The notes beneath the pieces are model-generated. The model did no database searches. It saw only the letters and a list, made by a program, of their open reading frames with translations, and had not been told where the DNA came from. A stretch of 64,000 nucleotides of DNA from Ostrea edulis (lineage: Eukaryota): positions 14,322,001 to 14,386,000 of the forward strand of contig NC_079168.1 in NCBI RefSeq assembly GCF_947568905.1, given 5' to 3'. Positions 24,230 to 36,200 of this stretch are shown in pieces (the first letter of the stretch is position 1; each line of letters opens with the position of its first letter). Both the position numbers and the translations under genes were made by a program.

Positions 24230-24569
24230 TAATACTAGTACCATGTCCTCACTTTTTTTTAATACTAGTACCATGTCCACAAAACCTGCTAAGACCATGA
24301 GAATACCACCCTGCTGTAGTTGTGGGATCTGTCATTTAAACAGATCTGTCGGATATTGTCTTTGATTAATGATAGTAGATATTTAAACTTACCTGTCGCC
24401 TTCTTTACCTATTGATTTGAGGAATTTAATTTAGGGTTATTGACGACTTAGCCAATTTTGTTAGGCAGTGTTTATAATATGTGCCATTTAAATACGATCC
24501 AACTTGTTGCATTTAGAAGTACTATCGGTATGCTCAGTAGTTTTTGTTTACTGTTTGCAGAAACGAACG

Positions 24570-25487
24570 ATGATACAGGCGTGCCGGATACTTTGTCGAT
24601 GTCGGAGGGGGGTGAAGGTCAGAGCCCGCCTAATGGCGCTGGGCAGTATTTTTTGTATACTGTACTTTACTCTGATGACATTCACGGTGACATCTTTAGC
24701 TTGGTTTGAAATCCTACCAAACCTTTATCAACACAGACCCGACACCATTAGAACCCATAAGATAGCGATCTTCTTCGTATTCATGAACGCCATCGGGAAC
24801 TGTGTCCTTATTCTTGGAACTGACACAAGTATTCACAGACTGACCCAAGAACTTAAGACCAGAGTGCTAAAAACCAAGGAATTCAAAAACTGCGGTGTGT
24901 GTCACGAGACTGTTCTCGCAAGAACCCATCACTGCTATCTGTGTGAAACCTGTGTTCTGAAGCGGGACCATCACTGCTTCTTCATGACTGTCTGCATCGG
25001 ATACTACAATCACAAGTACTTCGTGATGTACTGTTTCTACATGATGGTGGGGACATTCTACGGCATGTTTTTGATAGTTATGTACCTAAAGAAATTGTTC
25101 AACACCACATTTTACGGACCACAGACATTTTTCACAATCTTATATGATATGGTTTGGGGATTTCTCACTGAGAATTACCCAAACGAGAAGTATTTCTTCT
25201 TGGTGGTCTTGATGTATGGATGCCTGACTGCTGGAATGATTGCCGCCTCGTTATGGTTTTGGCACGTGCTTCTCGTAATTTCTGGTCAGACTTCTCACGA
25301 ATCAAGAAAAGGAGTCGCAAGACATACGGGGAAATCCTATTTTAGGAACTTTCTTGGTGTTTTCGGGAAATATTGGATAATATCAGTGTTCTTGCCGGTT
25401 CCTTTACCGACGTCTCACGACGCCCTGTTTGAAGAGTATCATGACTGTAAAAGCCACCAGACACACAGTGATATCAAGAAAGATTAA
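24570..25487 (+). CDS. Intronless DHHC palmitoyltransferase (ZDHHC22/24-like subgroup), ~305 aa
   Basis: Intact Cys-rich domain CGVC...RTHHCYLCETCVLKRDHHCFFMTVCIG, with hydrophobic TM segments on both sides. The first ATG is at 24570 (the ORF track start at 24504 is a TTG). It is preceded by a strong acceptor (tttttgtttactgtttgcag, AG at 24559-24560), implying a 5'UTR intron. Confidence 0.9.
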   Translation: MIQACRILCRCRRGVKVRARLMALGSIFCILYFTLMTFTVTSLAWFEILPNLYQHRPDTIRTHKIAIFFVFMNAIGNCVLILGTDTSIHRLTQELKTRVLKTKEFKNCGVCHETVLARTHHCYLCETCVLKRDHHCFFMTVCIGYYNHKYFVMYCFYMMVGTFYGMFLIVMYLKKLFNTTFYGPQTFFTILYDMVWGFLTENYPNEKYFFLVVLMYGCLTAGMIAASLWFWHVLLVISGQTSHESRKGVARHTGKSYFRNFLGVFGKYWIISVFLPVPLPTSHDALFEEYHDCKSHQTHSDIKKD

Positions 25488-26015
25488 ATTCATTAAAAGT
25501 GTATTACAATTTATGTATTACGAAACAGACAACGTGATATCAACAGTGTATAATTGTGTGTATGGGCATTTTGCAGGAACAGCTTAGGACGATTGCAATC
25601 TGTCGCACTTGCAATTGACCGTTGAATGCAAGAGCTGTCTTGTTTAGATACATGTACGTGAAGATATTACGTGAAGGCTTTAGGTGATAAATGACAAATC
25701 GATTGATTGGACCGAGCTGTTTCGACCTGACTGAAACCAATAATCCGATTACTGACTGGGTTGGTCAATTGAATGTTTGTCGCACCCACAAGCTGACGAA
25801 CAGGCTTTAAAGATTAACAAAGAGTTATGCACAAAATAAATAATTCAAATGAAAAAAGAAAAATTAGAAAATGGGATTTTATTGATTTCTTTTCCATCAT
25901 ATGAAAACATAGAGTACTTTTCTTTTAAACACTACAGAATGTCTTGACAAAGGTTTTTGCAGATTTAAGTATCATATGAAGTCCGTTGATTTATTTGCAC
26001 TATGCCGGTGGTTTC

Positions 26016-26984
26016 CTATTTTCTGGAAAACTCTGAATCTTTCGAAGAATGAGTCGTTTGGTGCCCACATGATGAAAACCCCACTGATGGAGGTAATTCA
26101 TTTGCACGACCACTGTAGGAAAGTTCTGGTGACGTCAGAGGTACCATTGGTGTCTTGGCCCTGTTTTGATGTCGTGGAGTTTGAAATGCAGTTGAAGACG
26201 GAAGGAATGGCGAATGCATGTTTGGGATTGAGTGGCCGTATTTGACAGGTGGCGGAGGATTTTGAGGGGTTGTGATGGGGAGAAGAATACTCTGACCCGT
26301 CATTTGTGACGTAAGGTCACCTTGTTGGCGCAAGTTTGAAAAGGTGTCGTTTACTACAGGAGGATAAGGTAAATAATTTAAAGCTGCCCCAAAAGCAGGC
26401 GACTTCATACAAGTGACAGGAAGACTTGGGAGTGCGGCTGTCTGGAAAAGAGAATTAGTAATGACTGAATATGGCGAGAATCCAGATCTAAGAAGGGCTT
26501 CTCGTAACATCAAGGATTCCTGGATCACCCCAGGGTCTAGAGTTCTAGAGGAAGCCTCACGCACGTTGTCATCGTCGTATCGCCGTTCAATTATCGGGGA
26601 CCTATCCCTTTCCCACGACATGTTTCGTCTTCGATCATCGCTCCTTCCCCTGTCCCTTTGACGATGCCTTTGATCCACAAGATCTCTCGGATCTTTCTGT
26701 TCTCTTTCCATTTTCACGATTTCATTTTTGGAAAGTTGAACCTTCAGTTTTGAACCTAACAGAGTAGTGCCGTCTAGTCCCTTCACTGCCTCTTCTGCGT
26801 GTTTCGGATCGAAGAAAGTGACAAAGGCATACCCTCTGGAGAGGGGATTCCTCGCGATCCACACGGTTTTCACAAGTCCGTACCGTTCAAAGATTTCTTC
26901 CAAATGATATTTTTCAACATCTTCGTTTAATCCACCGACATACACTTTGGTTATAGTTTTAACAAAATCGCCATCTTTATCCAT
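26016..26984 (-). CDS. Intronless single-RRM protein, SRSF3/SRSF7/RBP1-like RRM with a non-RS C-terminal tail, 322 aa
   Basis: RNP2 KVYVGGL, VWIARNP and RNP1 RGYAFVTF, then AEEAVKGLDG...LGSKLKVQLS, closely resembling the SRSF3/7 RRM. ATG at 26984. Probable 5'UTR intron: donor GG|GTAAGT at 27163, acceptor ttttctttcAG at 27080. Confidence 0.85.
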   Translation of the reverse strand: MDKDGDFVKTITKVYVGGLNEDVEKYHLEEIFERYGLVKTVWIARNPLSRGYAFVTFFDPKHAEEAVKGLDGTTLLGSKLKVQLSKNEIVKMEREQKDPRDLVDQRHRQRDRGRSDDRRRNMSWERDRSPIIERRYDDDNVREASSRTLDPGVIQESLMLREALLRSGFSPYSVITNSLFQTAALPSLPVTCMKSPAFGAALNYLPYPPVVNDTFSNLRQQGDLTSQMTGQSILLPITTPQNPPPPVKYGHSIPNMHSPFLPSSTAFQTPRHQNRAKTPMVPLTSPELSYSGRANELPPSVGFSSCGHQTTHSSKDSEFSRK

Positions 26985-27715
26985 CTCGGTGGAAATCACA
27001 GAACTAAGTTAAGCCGTGCAGTATGTGAAGTTGAAGACCCAAATAAGCAATGATGCAGTCTGCAAGATTTAAATGAAAACTGAAAGAAAAATAAATGCTA
27101 TACACAAACTCCATCTTAATTTTTTAATTCTGGAATAAGAATTTTAGAAGACACATCACTTACCCCTCTCTTCGCTCTGTCGTCAATTGTACGAATAGTA
27201 TTTTATAAGTCATTGATGTTAAGGAGAGCTTTAAGGGTAATCAATTAAACCTTTGCGATATTTGAAACAGATGTTGGGTGATCGACATTTAGCCTGACAC
27301 ATAAAATCGACTTTTCATACTCCAGTTTCACGCAATTTGGCATATATAAAGCAAGGAATTTTGTCACGAGCAACCCCGCGATATGTTGATCTTAATTCAC
27401 CTAGATTTATACTCAGATGCAATGATTGATACATTAGTTCTTCATTGAGACATGTACACATTAGTTTTAGGAATTCAATATTGGAATAAGGTAATTAGGA
27501 TGAAAATAACCTTAAAGGATACGTTATTCTGGTTGTCTTAAGTTTTCTGATTTACATTGGAGAGTACCTGACCTGTACACATACTGTCCTACCCCAGTGC
27601 CAGATTATTAACACAAAGCCATGCTCTCTCTCTCTCATGTTTGTCAAACTTAGTGGTTTTCAAGACATTGTAAAATTTCCATCAAGAAAGCATCACTGCA
27701 ACAATCTGTAAAAAG

Positions 27716-28781
27716 TTATTGGGAGTGAGTAAAAATACAAATACTAATGTTATTTAAGGTGAACTGAGACGACTTCCTCTATGTGCAAGAAGAAAAATGT
27801 GCATTTTTAAACACTGGTTAAAACTTAAAAATACAAATAACTATTTTAAAAGACCGTTTTGATTATGTGATTTTAAACAAGTTTGATTATGTGATTGTAA
27901 ATAACAAGTTTGATTATGTGATTGTAAATAACAAGTTTGATTATGTGATTTTAAATAACAAGTTTGATTATGTGATTTTAAATAACAAGTTTGATTATGT
28001 GATTTTAAATAACAAGTTTGATTATGTGATTTTAAACAACAGTTGGGCTGTAAGTATAAAACAAGAATTGTCCGACTTGGGGTTATATTTATGGGAAGAA
28101 TCAGGAAGTGGCCAGAATGCATACAAGGTACTAGTAATTGAAAAATGGTGTTATATATAAATATATACACATGTATATATATCGTCTATTTCAACTTTAC
28201 CAAAATGTTTTTTATATCGACACCTTATTGATAATTTTTGTTTACAGTTCTATCTTAAAAAAAACCAATTGTTCCCAACGGAAACAGATCTTTCACTAAA
28301 TTCCGGACGTCTTCACTCTTTGAACATTGAGAAAGGCAAGCATAAAAATATTTCAAGAAGTAATACAATTTGTAATCTAAATGAGTTAGAATTTCATTTT
28401 ATTTTAAAATGTCCTTTTTACAGCAATTTAAGAATTAAATATATCAACAACAAAAAATTATTACAAGCAACCCAGGGTCTTCGAATTAGTAAAACTCCTA
28501 GTGTAAATAATACAAATGAATTCAATAATTTAGGATTGATTGATTTAATGATTTAGGAAAATTCCAACAACAGGCTACAAAGTTAATATCTTCAGTAATT
28601 TATGAATGCTGTACTTGTAACGATATATTATTTACGTGTACTGTTGTATGCATGTTGAAATGCATTGATTTTATATTCTCAAAATTGTATCTGTATGTCT
28701 ACTCCCCATTTGTAAATATTTTATAAAATAACTGATGGACTGTGTAGCTTAAGAAAATAAAGAATCTGAATTTGAATCTGC
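27716..28781 (+). mobile_element. Decayed 3' part of a non-LTR retrotransposon (L2/CR1-group-like ORF2 C-terminus)
   Basis: Translated pieces LGVSKNTNTNVI*GELRRLPL...HWLKL, SWAVSIKQELSDLGL-LW and LNIEKGKH...ICNLNELEFHFILKCPFYSNLR are typical ORF2 C-terminal motifs. It ends aataaa-gaatctgaatttgaatctg, with stops and frameshifts. Confidence 0.7.
27858..28039. repeat. 27-bp minisatellite, 7 copies, inside the LINE remnant
   Basis: tttgattatgtgat recurs at 27858, 27882, 27909, 27936, 27963, 27990 and 28017. Confidence 0.95.
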
Positions 28782-29021
28782 AACACAAGCCATTGAAAGC
28801 ATTTTCATGCATACCAACCCTTATAAGGTGATGCAACATCTTGTTATCAGCGAGGGTCATTATCTAACAAAGAATCTCCAATCAACATCAAAATCCAATT
28901 ACATCACTAACATCCTTTAATCATTTGAATAATTATCTTACAAAGAGTCTTGGATTGACTTCAGTAGGCCATTACCAACCCCTTACTTCTTCAAAGGACC
29001 AGCTGTGATTTTTCTACAAGC

Positions 29022-29112
29022 ACAGTTCACACTAGATAATGGAGAGAGACAATTAAGAACAGTTCACACTAAATAATGGACAGAGATAATTAAGAACAGT
29101 TCACACTAGATA
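29022..29112. repeat. 37-bp tandem repeat, ~2.5 copies
   Basis: acagttcacactagataatgga-agaga-aattaaga starts at 29022, 29059 and 29096; a partial copy lies near 29475. Confidence 0.85.
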
Positions 29113-30288
29113 TCACACTGTCTTAAGCATCATCGTAAAACCTTTCATAATACTCATCCCTTGCTTTGCTTCTTTCCCTCTCTCTTTGACCCTGTATGAA
29201 GCGTGTAAAGTACATCAATATTGACAACCTTGTTCTTTTCACAGGTCACATTACCAATCACTATCACATGCAGTTGCAGCTTTGACTGTATCAGCAGATA
29301 GGCAGTGCCTATTTTCTTCACCATGTGACTATCTCAACTGCCCATACTCATTCTTTTGCTAACAACCAGTCAATTTAACAAACTTGATCGCTAAATGAAT
29401 TAGCAGGATACAGATAACTCATCAATAAATTATCTGATTTTTATTAAGATTTGATGAAGTTCTTGAACACTTGTAATGGACAGAGACAATTAAGAACAGA
29501 ATTCATTTTTTAAAAAAAACCACAATAATTATTTCCTAAATTTATAAACATCACTAATGTGTCAACAAAGTTGTCAGGAGGTATGCAGTTTTTCGATATC
29601 CACACACACGTACATAGCATTTCAGTATGAGAAACATCAGTATCCTTAGATTTCATATGCACATAAACAAGCAGGGATTTCTATAAAATCTATATCGTTT
29701 TCCATGGTGTTGTTCTATAAATACTCTTAATGCATCAAAACTGGAATAAAATCAACAATCTGATGCTGCCAATACTGATTTTGTCATATATTAACACCAA
29801 CAAAAATTAAATAGCATACCAAATAGCATTTTACAATTAACAATCGCATGCATCAAATAAAATAGTACTGCTGATAAACAAAGGTTTTGGTATCGCCTAA
29901 ATATTCTTTAATATTAAAACGAAGAGTAGAGAATTTCTGTGCAGTAGGACAAAAACAGATATCCTTTCCTTCTGAACATGTTCTGGAGAAAACAGCACTC
30001 TAGACACAAATTCTTACACATCATATAAAGGAACACCCATTCACTGCAGAAAGTCCCTCACATATCAAATGGAATTACAAGACTTACTGGGTTACAAATA
30101 TCACATTTTCAGCTTATCACAAGAACAAACAGCTCTTCAGAGAGCTGCAAGCACTCTCAGGATACCTCAATATCATGACTAGCTTTCTATAACACACAGC
30201 CCCAATCATGACCACAACCTATCACTATGGCATAATCCACGTGGCTGTTGTGCACTGGAATTTCACATCTCATCTAGTGTTTCGTACA

Positions 30289-33200
30289 TCAGCAAAATCC
30301 ATCCTCCAGTACTGAGTTGGAATTGGAATCTGTTATCAAATTTTCTATAGCAGCTATCTGTGAGTTGTTCATTGCTGAAGATAGGGCGGAGTCAGTAGAG
30401 AAGTGGACCCCCTGAGGATCAATAGTCTCTCCTCCCTCCTCGTCCTCTAGCCCCTCCGGGAGTTTCATTTTGGCAATCTCTTCTCGCAACTGGTTATAAT
30501 GTCGCTGTGGTGAAAAAAAAAAGCTTTGCTAAAACATTCTGCAACATGTAATCAATTAAGAGAAGTTAATAGATTTTCACTTCAAAAGACTTTCCAGCGT
30601 GGATGAGAAATAGAGTAATCTCAAAATCTTTCAATCATCTACTAGTACTATGGTAGTCAACATTTCATGCACAGAGTTACAGAAATGAATTAACACATGG
30701 ATGGTTGTTTGGCGTTTTAACATCTTATCAAAATTCTATCACTTTCAAAAGAAGTCCTCAGTCTTTATTTATAAATGAAGTGCCACAAATTTATACCTCT
30801 GCAAGATGCTCTGCAGGCATTGTGTGTCAAACAGAACCTCAGTTTGAAAGATCCATGAACTTTTATTTCTAATGCTGAGCACTTTGTGAAGAAACAGTCA
30901 ATACCTATTTTAAAGACTTGAATTTGTGTAGACCTCCTGCACTCAAAGCAGGGAGTTATGGTTGCTGTAAATGTGCATAAAAAAGTTTGTATTCCTACCT
31001 TAAGTGCTAGTGTACTATGAGCTATAGTCCTTCCTGTTCTTTTATCATTGCTGAAGGACTCCATTTCTGCTATCCAGTTTTCACACTGCTTCAGGACCTC
31101 ATGTCTCTTCAGCCAGAAGTGTTTGTGAATGACCTCTCTAAAGCAGGGAGTAGGGTTTCTGATTTGTTCCAGCATGGCCCACTTTACGGTGGCTTGTCTG
31201 ATGTTGGCATCATATTCTCGGGAACTGGCCGTGCCTGAAGGGGTCCCCCGAGAACGTTCATAGCCAGGCTCATTGAAGTATGGTTCTGATACTAGAATCA
31301 AGGACTGTATAGATACTAAAACCTACAACATAAAATGATACATATAAGAATGAATTCATATTAAACCAGAATATTCTATAACATTCTAACAACAAAAATT
31401 GCTGCTTTGATAGATCTACTTAGGGCTATTCCAGAAATAAATACATGGGGGGGTCGGGAGGCACCTTTTGTATATACCAAGCACCCATAAAAAAAAAAAA
31501 AATTACCCCATGACCCATCAAATTGATAAACTCATTTTACAATGACCCATCTAATTAAAAAAAAAACTAACCAGACCCACCACAAAAATATTTTTAAAAA
31601 TGAAAACGGTACAAATCTCTCGAGGTTTTCGGGACAAACATTCTAGTCAATGACGTGGTAATGCCTGTGCGAAATTGTATCAAAGTAGTATTGTATCACA
31701 GTAGTTCTGAAGAAACGATGTCACATCAACAATCAAAGGCATCTATGGCGGGAATGTTGGAAAGATTGGGAGTCCAAATGATGCTATTATCATGAAATGG
31801 GTCAATCTCTCACCAGAGGGCGTATTACGCTGCGCTACAACACCTCTGTCAACGTCTAAATGACAAGATTCTTGGCAAAACTTACATTTACATAATGAAT
31901 CATGAATAAATCAATTATCAGTTTTGTTTTTAAGCTTTAAAACTTAGAAAATAGTTTATATGTGAAAATTAAAAAAAGATATATTTGTTTCACCGTATTT
32001 TACAAGGGATTATATCTCGGCAGAATATTGCATTACTAATGTAAACAAATATGGAGGACGCGGAAAAATTAAAAAGAATCGCCGACAGATATCAAAAGGA
32101 TTTGGTTCTTAAAGAAAAACAAGTTACATAGAGAAACATAAAGGTGATCTGCTTGTAAACCTTCCTGTGGGGTATGGTAAAAGCATTTTGAACAACATGT
32201 GACAAAGGTCACGTGTCTCTGTTTTGTGGACTATTTTTTAGACGTTGACAGAGGTATTAGTGGGAACGATAACTCTGTGTAGAGATTGGAAATGGGTATG
32301 GATATGCTTTTCCACGAATCGTTCGTCTTCTAATGGAGCCCGGCCCACGCCCGGAGGCCTCTATATTACCATCACACTGACTGAAAAATATAACGCATCG
32401 GTACCCTCATATAAATCAACTAAGGTTTGCCTATTTTTATTAGAAAACGGAATACCTATTGGTTTCAAAATATTCCCAAAATCGATGCACTGTAAACTGT
32501 AATAATCTACAGAACAGAGTTCGCCGCCATCACGTCCAAAGGGACCCTACTAAACGCGCCTCTAATTTGAAGAGTGCCGTAATGGAAAGCTATGCGCTGC
32601 AAAGAGCGACAACTCGAATAGTTCTATGTTACTTCCGATTTCGAAAGCACGTTTTCAATTTTCCCTCCGACATTTTGTAACCAACACGACAAGAGCGACA
32701 ATAAAAATATTCTGAAAACTCAACACCCACGTGGCACAAAATAAAACAATAGAAACTACCCACTACCCATAATAAATATTTTTTTAACAGTCCAACCACG
32801 GACCAAATAAAATATGAAAAAATACGACCACCCACACAAAAAAATATCATTTGCCGCCCGACCCCCCCATTTGATCATTTCTGGAACAGCCCTTATAAAA
32901 TTGCTGCTTTGATAGATCTACTTATAAAATTGCTGCTTTGATAGATCTACTTATGAAATTGCATTTTGACTTGTACCTGTAGAAAGCTTGAAGTTTGAGC
33001 ATTCCATTTTTCTTCTGGTCTGCCATGCCACGTGTTCAACACACTTAAACAAACCTAGAAAACAAATGCAATGTAGTGAATGTACAGTACTAGCACATGA
33101 ATTGTGCATTGTATGTATACTTAAACAAACCTTGAAAGTACAGTACTAACACATGAATTGTGCATTGTATGTATACTTGAACAAACCTTGAAAACAAATG

Positions 33201-36200
33201 CAATGTACAGTACTAACACATGAATTGTGCATTGTATGTATACTTAAACAAACCATATGATTGTATACTTTTAAAAAATTCAACATATTAAAATATGGCA
33301 AATGAAGTGTGCTGACAATCACCTTTCCATCATTATAGAGATTTGGGTTGAATCTGATCGTGTGGTTTCCTGTGGTCTCCAGATTTATTAGCGGTGGAGA
33401 TGTGGGGTAATCTGGTGGGAAGTACACATCAAACTCAAAGCAGCCATTTTCATATGGAGTATCTGAGGGCCCTGTGATCATCACCTGTAGTATCAGAACA
33501 TCAAGCATTACTCCAACACAAACTCACCTCAGTAACTCATTTTTTCTATGAAGATACATATACATGTACTATATAAAGTATATTTGCCAAGATGTTGCAT
33601 TAGCTGACAAAGTAGCAATTCTCGATTTTAACATTCTGACATTTCTGGAGTAGGGATATAATCTTAAAATTTCTTTTCTTGGTGCAAATACATGTATAAC
33701 CAGTTACATGCACTTTAGGGAAATCAAAAGAAAACAAAATGTTTTTAATTAGGATAAACCTACATGTAGAGTAACTGAAAGAGAAATTCATACTCAAACC
33801 AAGATTTCATTTATAAAAATATCTTGATGAGCTTGAAAATTTTAAGGTACTGATGAAAGTAATGACTGATCATGTGATCTACACTAATTAGTGGTGAAAT
33901 GATTGTCGCCGACAATCAATTGTTGATTGTTTTTGGCTCTTCGATTCCGCTTATCGATTCTATTTTTCATAATCGATTGTCGCCTGTACACTGTTCAATA
34001 TCTAATCCGAGATTCATCTGACTCTTACCCCCGCTTTTATATTGAGACATGTGCGGGGGAGAGTCAGAGTGGACTCCACATTGAAAAGTGGGAATTCAGT
34101 GACACCAGCTAGTGTGTATACTGCACATATCCATAAAACTAAATAGAAATAACCCCCAAAATAATAAACATTTAACATTAACTACATGTAAATACAAATT
34201 ATATCGATAATTGATCAATACAGTTCTTCCGATTATCGATAGTGAAATTTTACCGATTTTTCAACACTAACACTAATGATGAATTACTTTGTCCAAAATT
34301 TCATCCCTATGGCATGTTTCAGTGAAACTTGCAAATAGTCAAATTGGGCACTTAGATCTGCTCCCAAGTTTGAATGGGTTCTCAAAATATACGATCCGCT
34401 AAGGTCACTAAACATGGCAGTGACATAAAAGTTGCAAAGGTGGCATTGAAGAAAAATTACTAAAATAAGGAATATTTCTTTGAAGTTTAGAGTGCTTTGA
34501 GTCTTATAATCTAAACATGATAAGAATTATCAATTGCAGATTTCAAGATTATAGTAAAAAAAAATGCAGTGGGTGGGTATTACCTCCAAAATTGCACTAA
34601 GGATTAGAATTGTAGTCCTCCTTCAGCAATGTCAGATTGTTAAAAAGCAATGATGGCTACATTATTGCAGCTTTTGTTGCATACACACACACATTTACTA
34701 ATAATCAACCTTTATTTGCATGCAAGAAATATCTACAAAATCGGTGAGCATCACTTCCTCCTGAATATTTCTCACTGCAAACAATTAATTTTGTCTATGC
34801 ATAAAATGAAACTGTTGGCTTACTCGTAGAGATTTCTCCTCGCAGAAATTTTACTAATATGCAATTCATGAATAAAAGTGATTGCAAAATTTGGTTTAGT
34901 GTACACAACAAACATACCTTCATGATATCTAGTCTTTCTTCATCACACCTGACAAATACACTGCTGCCAGCGGAGAGAGGAAGTGAGGTAGATAGAGTAG
35001 TAGCTTCCTGTGCCAGGCGCCGTGTTCGAGCTGCATTACTCACATCGCCTGCTGCCTTCACATTGTTTTCATAGTGATGAGCACAGGTAAATTTCACAGC
35101 ATTAGAATCGTCTACTACAAACTCAAAGGATCCTGGAAATAAGGGGGGAAAATATTATGAATTACATGTATCATTAATCGTAAGCATCATTAATGATGTA
35201 GGTACAAAACAATGACAGCCTTAGATAAATTGCTGGGGGCTTCTGTTGTAAGAAAGTATCGAATGGTCACTGACCAAACTGTTCCTCTTGCATGATGGTC
35301 ATGTAATGCTCCTCTGCACTAGCTTGACTGCCCTGTCTTGATTTGTCTTTGTCCATTTCTTCACTGCTTGCCTCCGATTCTAACAAAAAATTAAAATTTA
35401 CCTTTGTGAGTACACCATCAAAAAAACATAGCATGCAAGAACAAGAGGCCCACAGGTCTTATCTGTCACCTGAATACTAGTGAAAAAGTATCACTACTTC
35501 CATGGGCTATGAAATCTAGAAAATTTTTCCTGTTTTGAATATCTAAGCTAAATTCTAATGTTCAGCAACAATATAAAACAAGATGTGTTCTTAAAACTTC
35601 ACTGTCTTCAAAAGTGCATACACTGATGAAAGGCTTTAAATAATAGGTGTATTAACATTAAAAAATCAAAAGATATGACTAATTTGGACTCATCCTAAAG
35701 TCATAACCCTGGGTTTTGATTGAAATTCACCATTTTTTGTACATCCTTTTCTGCTATTCCTAAGTATGCATTTAGATTTTATACAGCATCAGCAAACTTA
35801 CATATAAATACTATATACTAAGTTTGGCCCCACCCTGGGGTCAGAACCCTTACTCTGGGGATCATCAAATTTACAATTTTGATAAAAGACTACCTGCTCT
35901 ATCCATTTAGTTTCAATAGCACTAAAGAAGATGTTATTTAAGTGTTTTACACATAAACACTATATAACAAGTTTGGCCCCACCCTGGGGTCAGAACCCCT
36001 ACCAAGGGGATCATGAAATTTACAATTTTGGTAGAGGCCTTCCTGCTCTCCATCACCATGCATTTAGTTTTTCTTACATGTGTGCGGTTCTTCATTAGAA
36101 GATTTTTGAAAATTGGTCAATTTTGGGCAGTTTTCGCCCTGCCCCTAAGGCCCCAGGGGTGCAGGAATCCTGAAATTTACAATTTATGTCCCCCTTGTTC

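Noticed and set aside
24504-24569. N-terminal extension of the DHHC ORF given in the track
   Set aside because: It starts at TTG and spans a strong splice acceptor, so it is most likely intron or 5'UTR. The same applies to the GTG-initiated extension 26985-26999 of the RRM gene.
27841-28556. ORFs of 95-109 aa as host genes
   Set aside because: They are explained by the decayed LINE ORF2 and its 27-bp minisatellite.
30270-30291. Stop-codon readthrough or selenocysteine at the BIRC6 TGA
   Set aside because: A TAG follows after four codons, there is no readthrough context and I recognised no SECIS.
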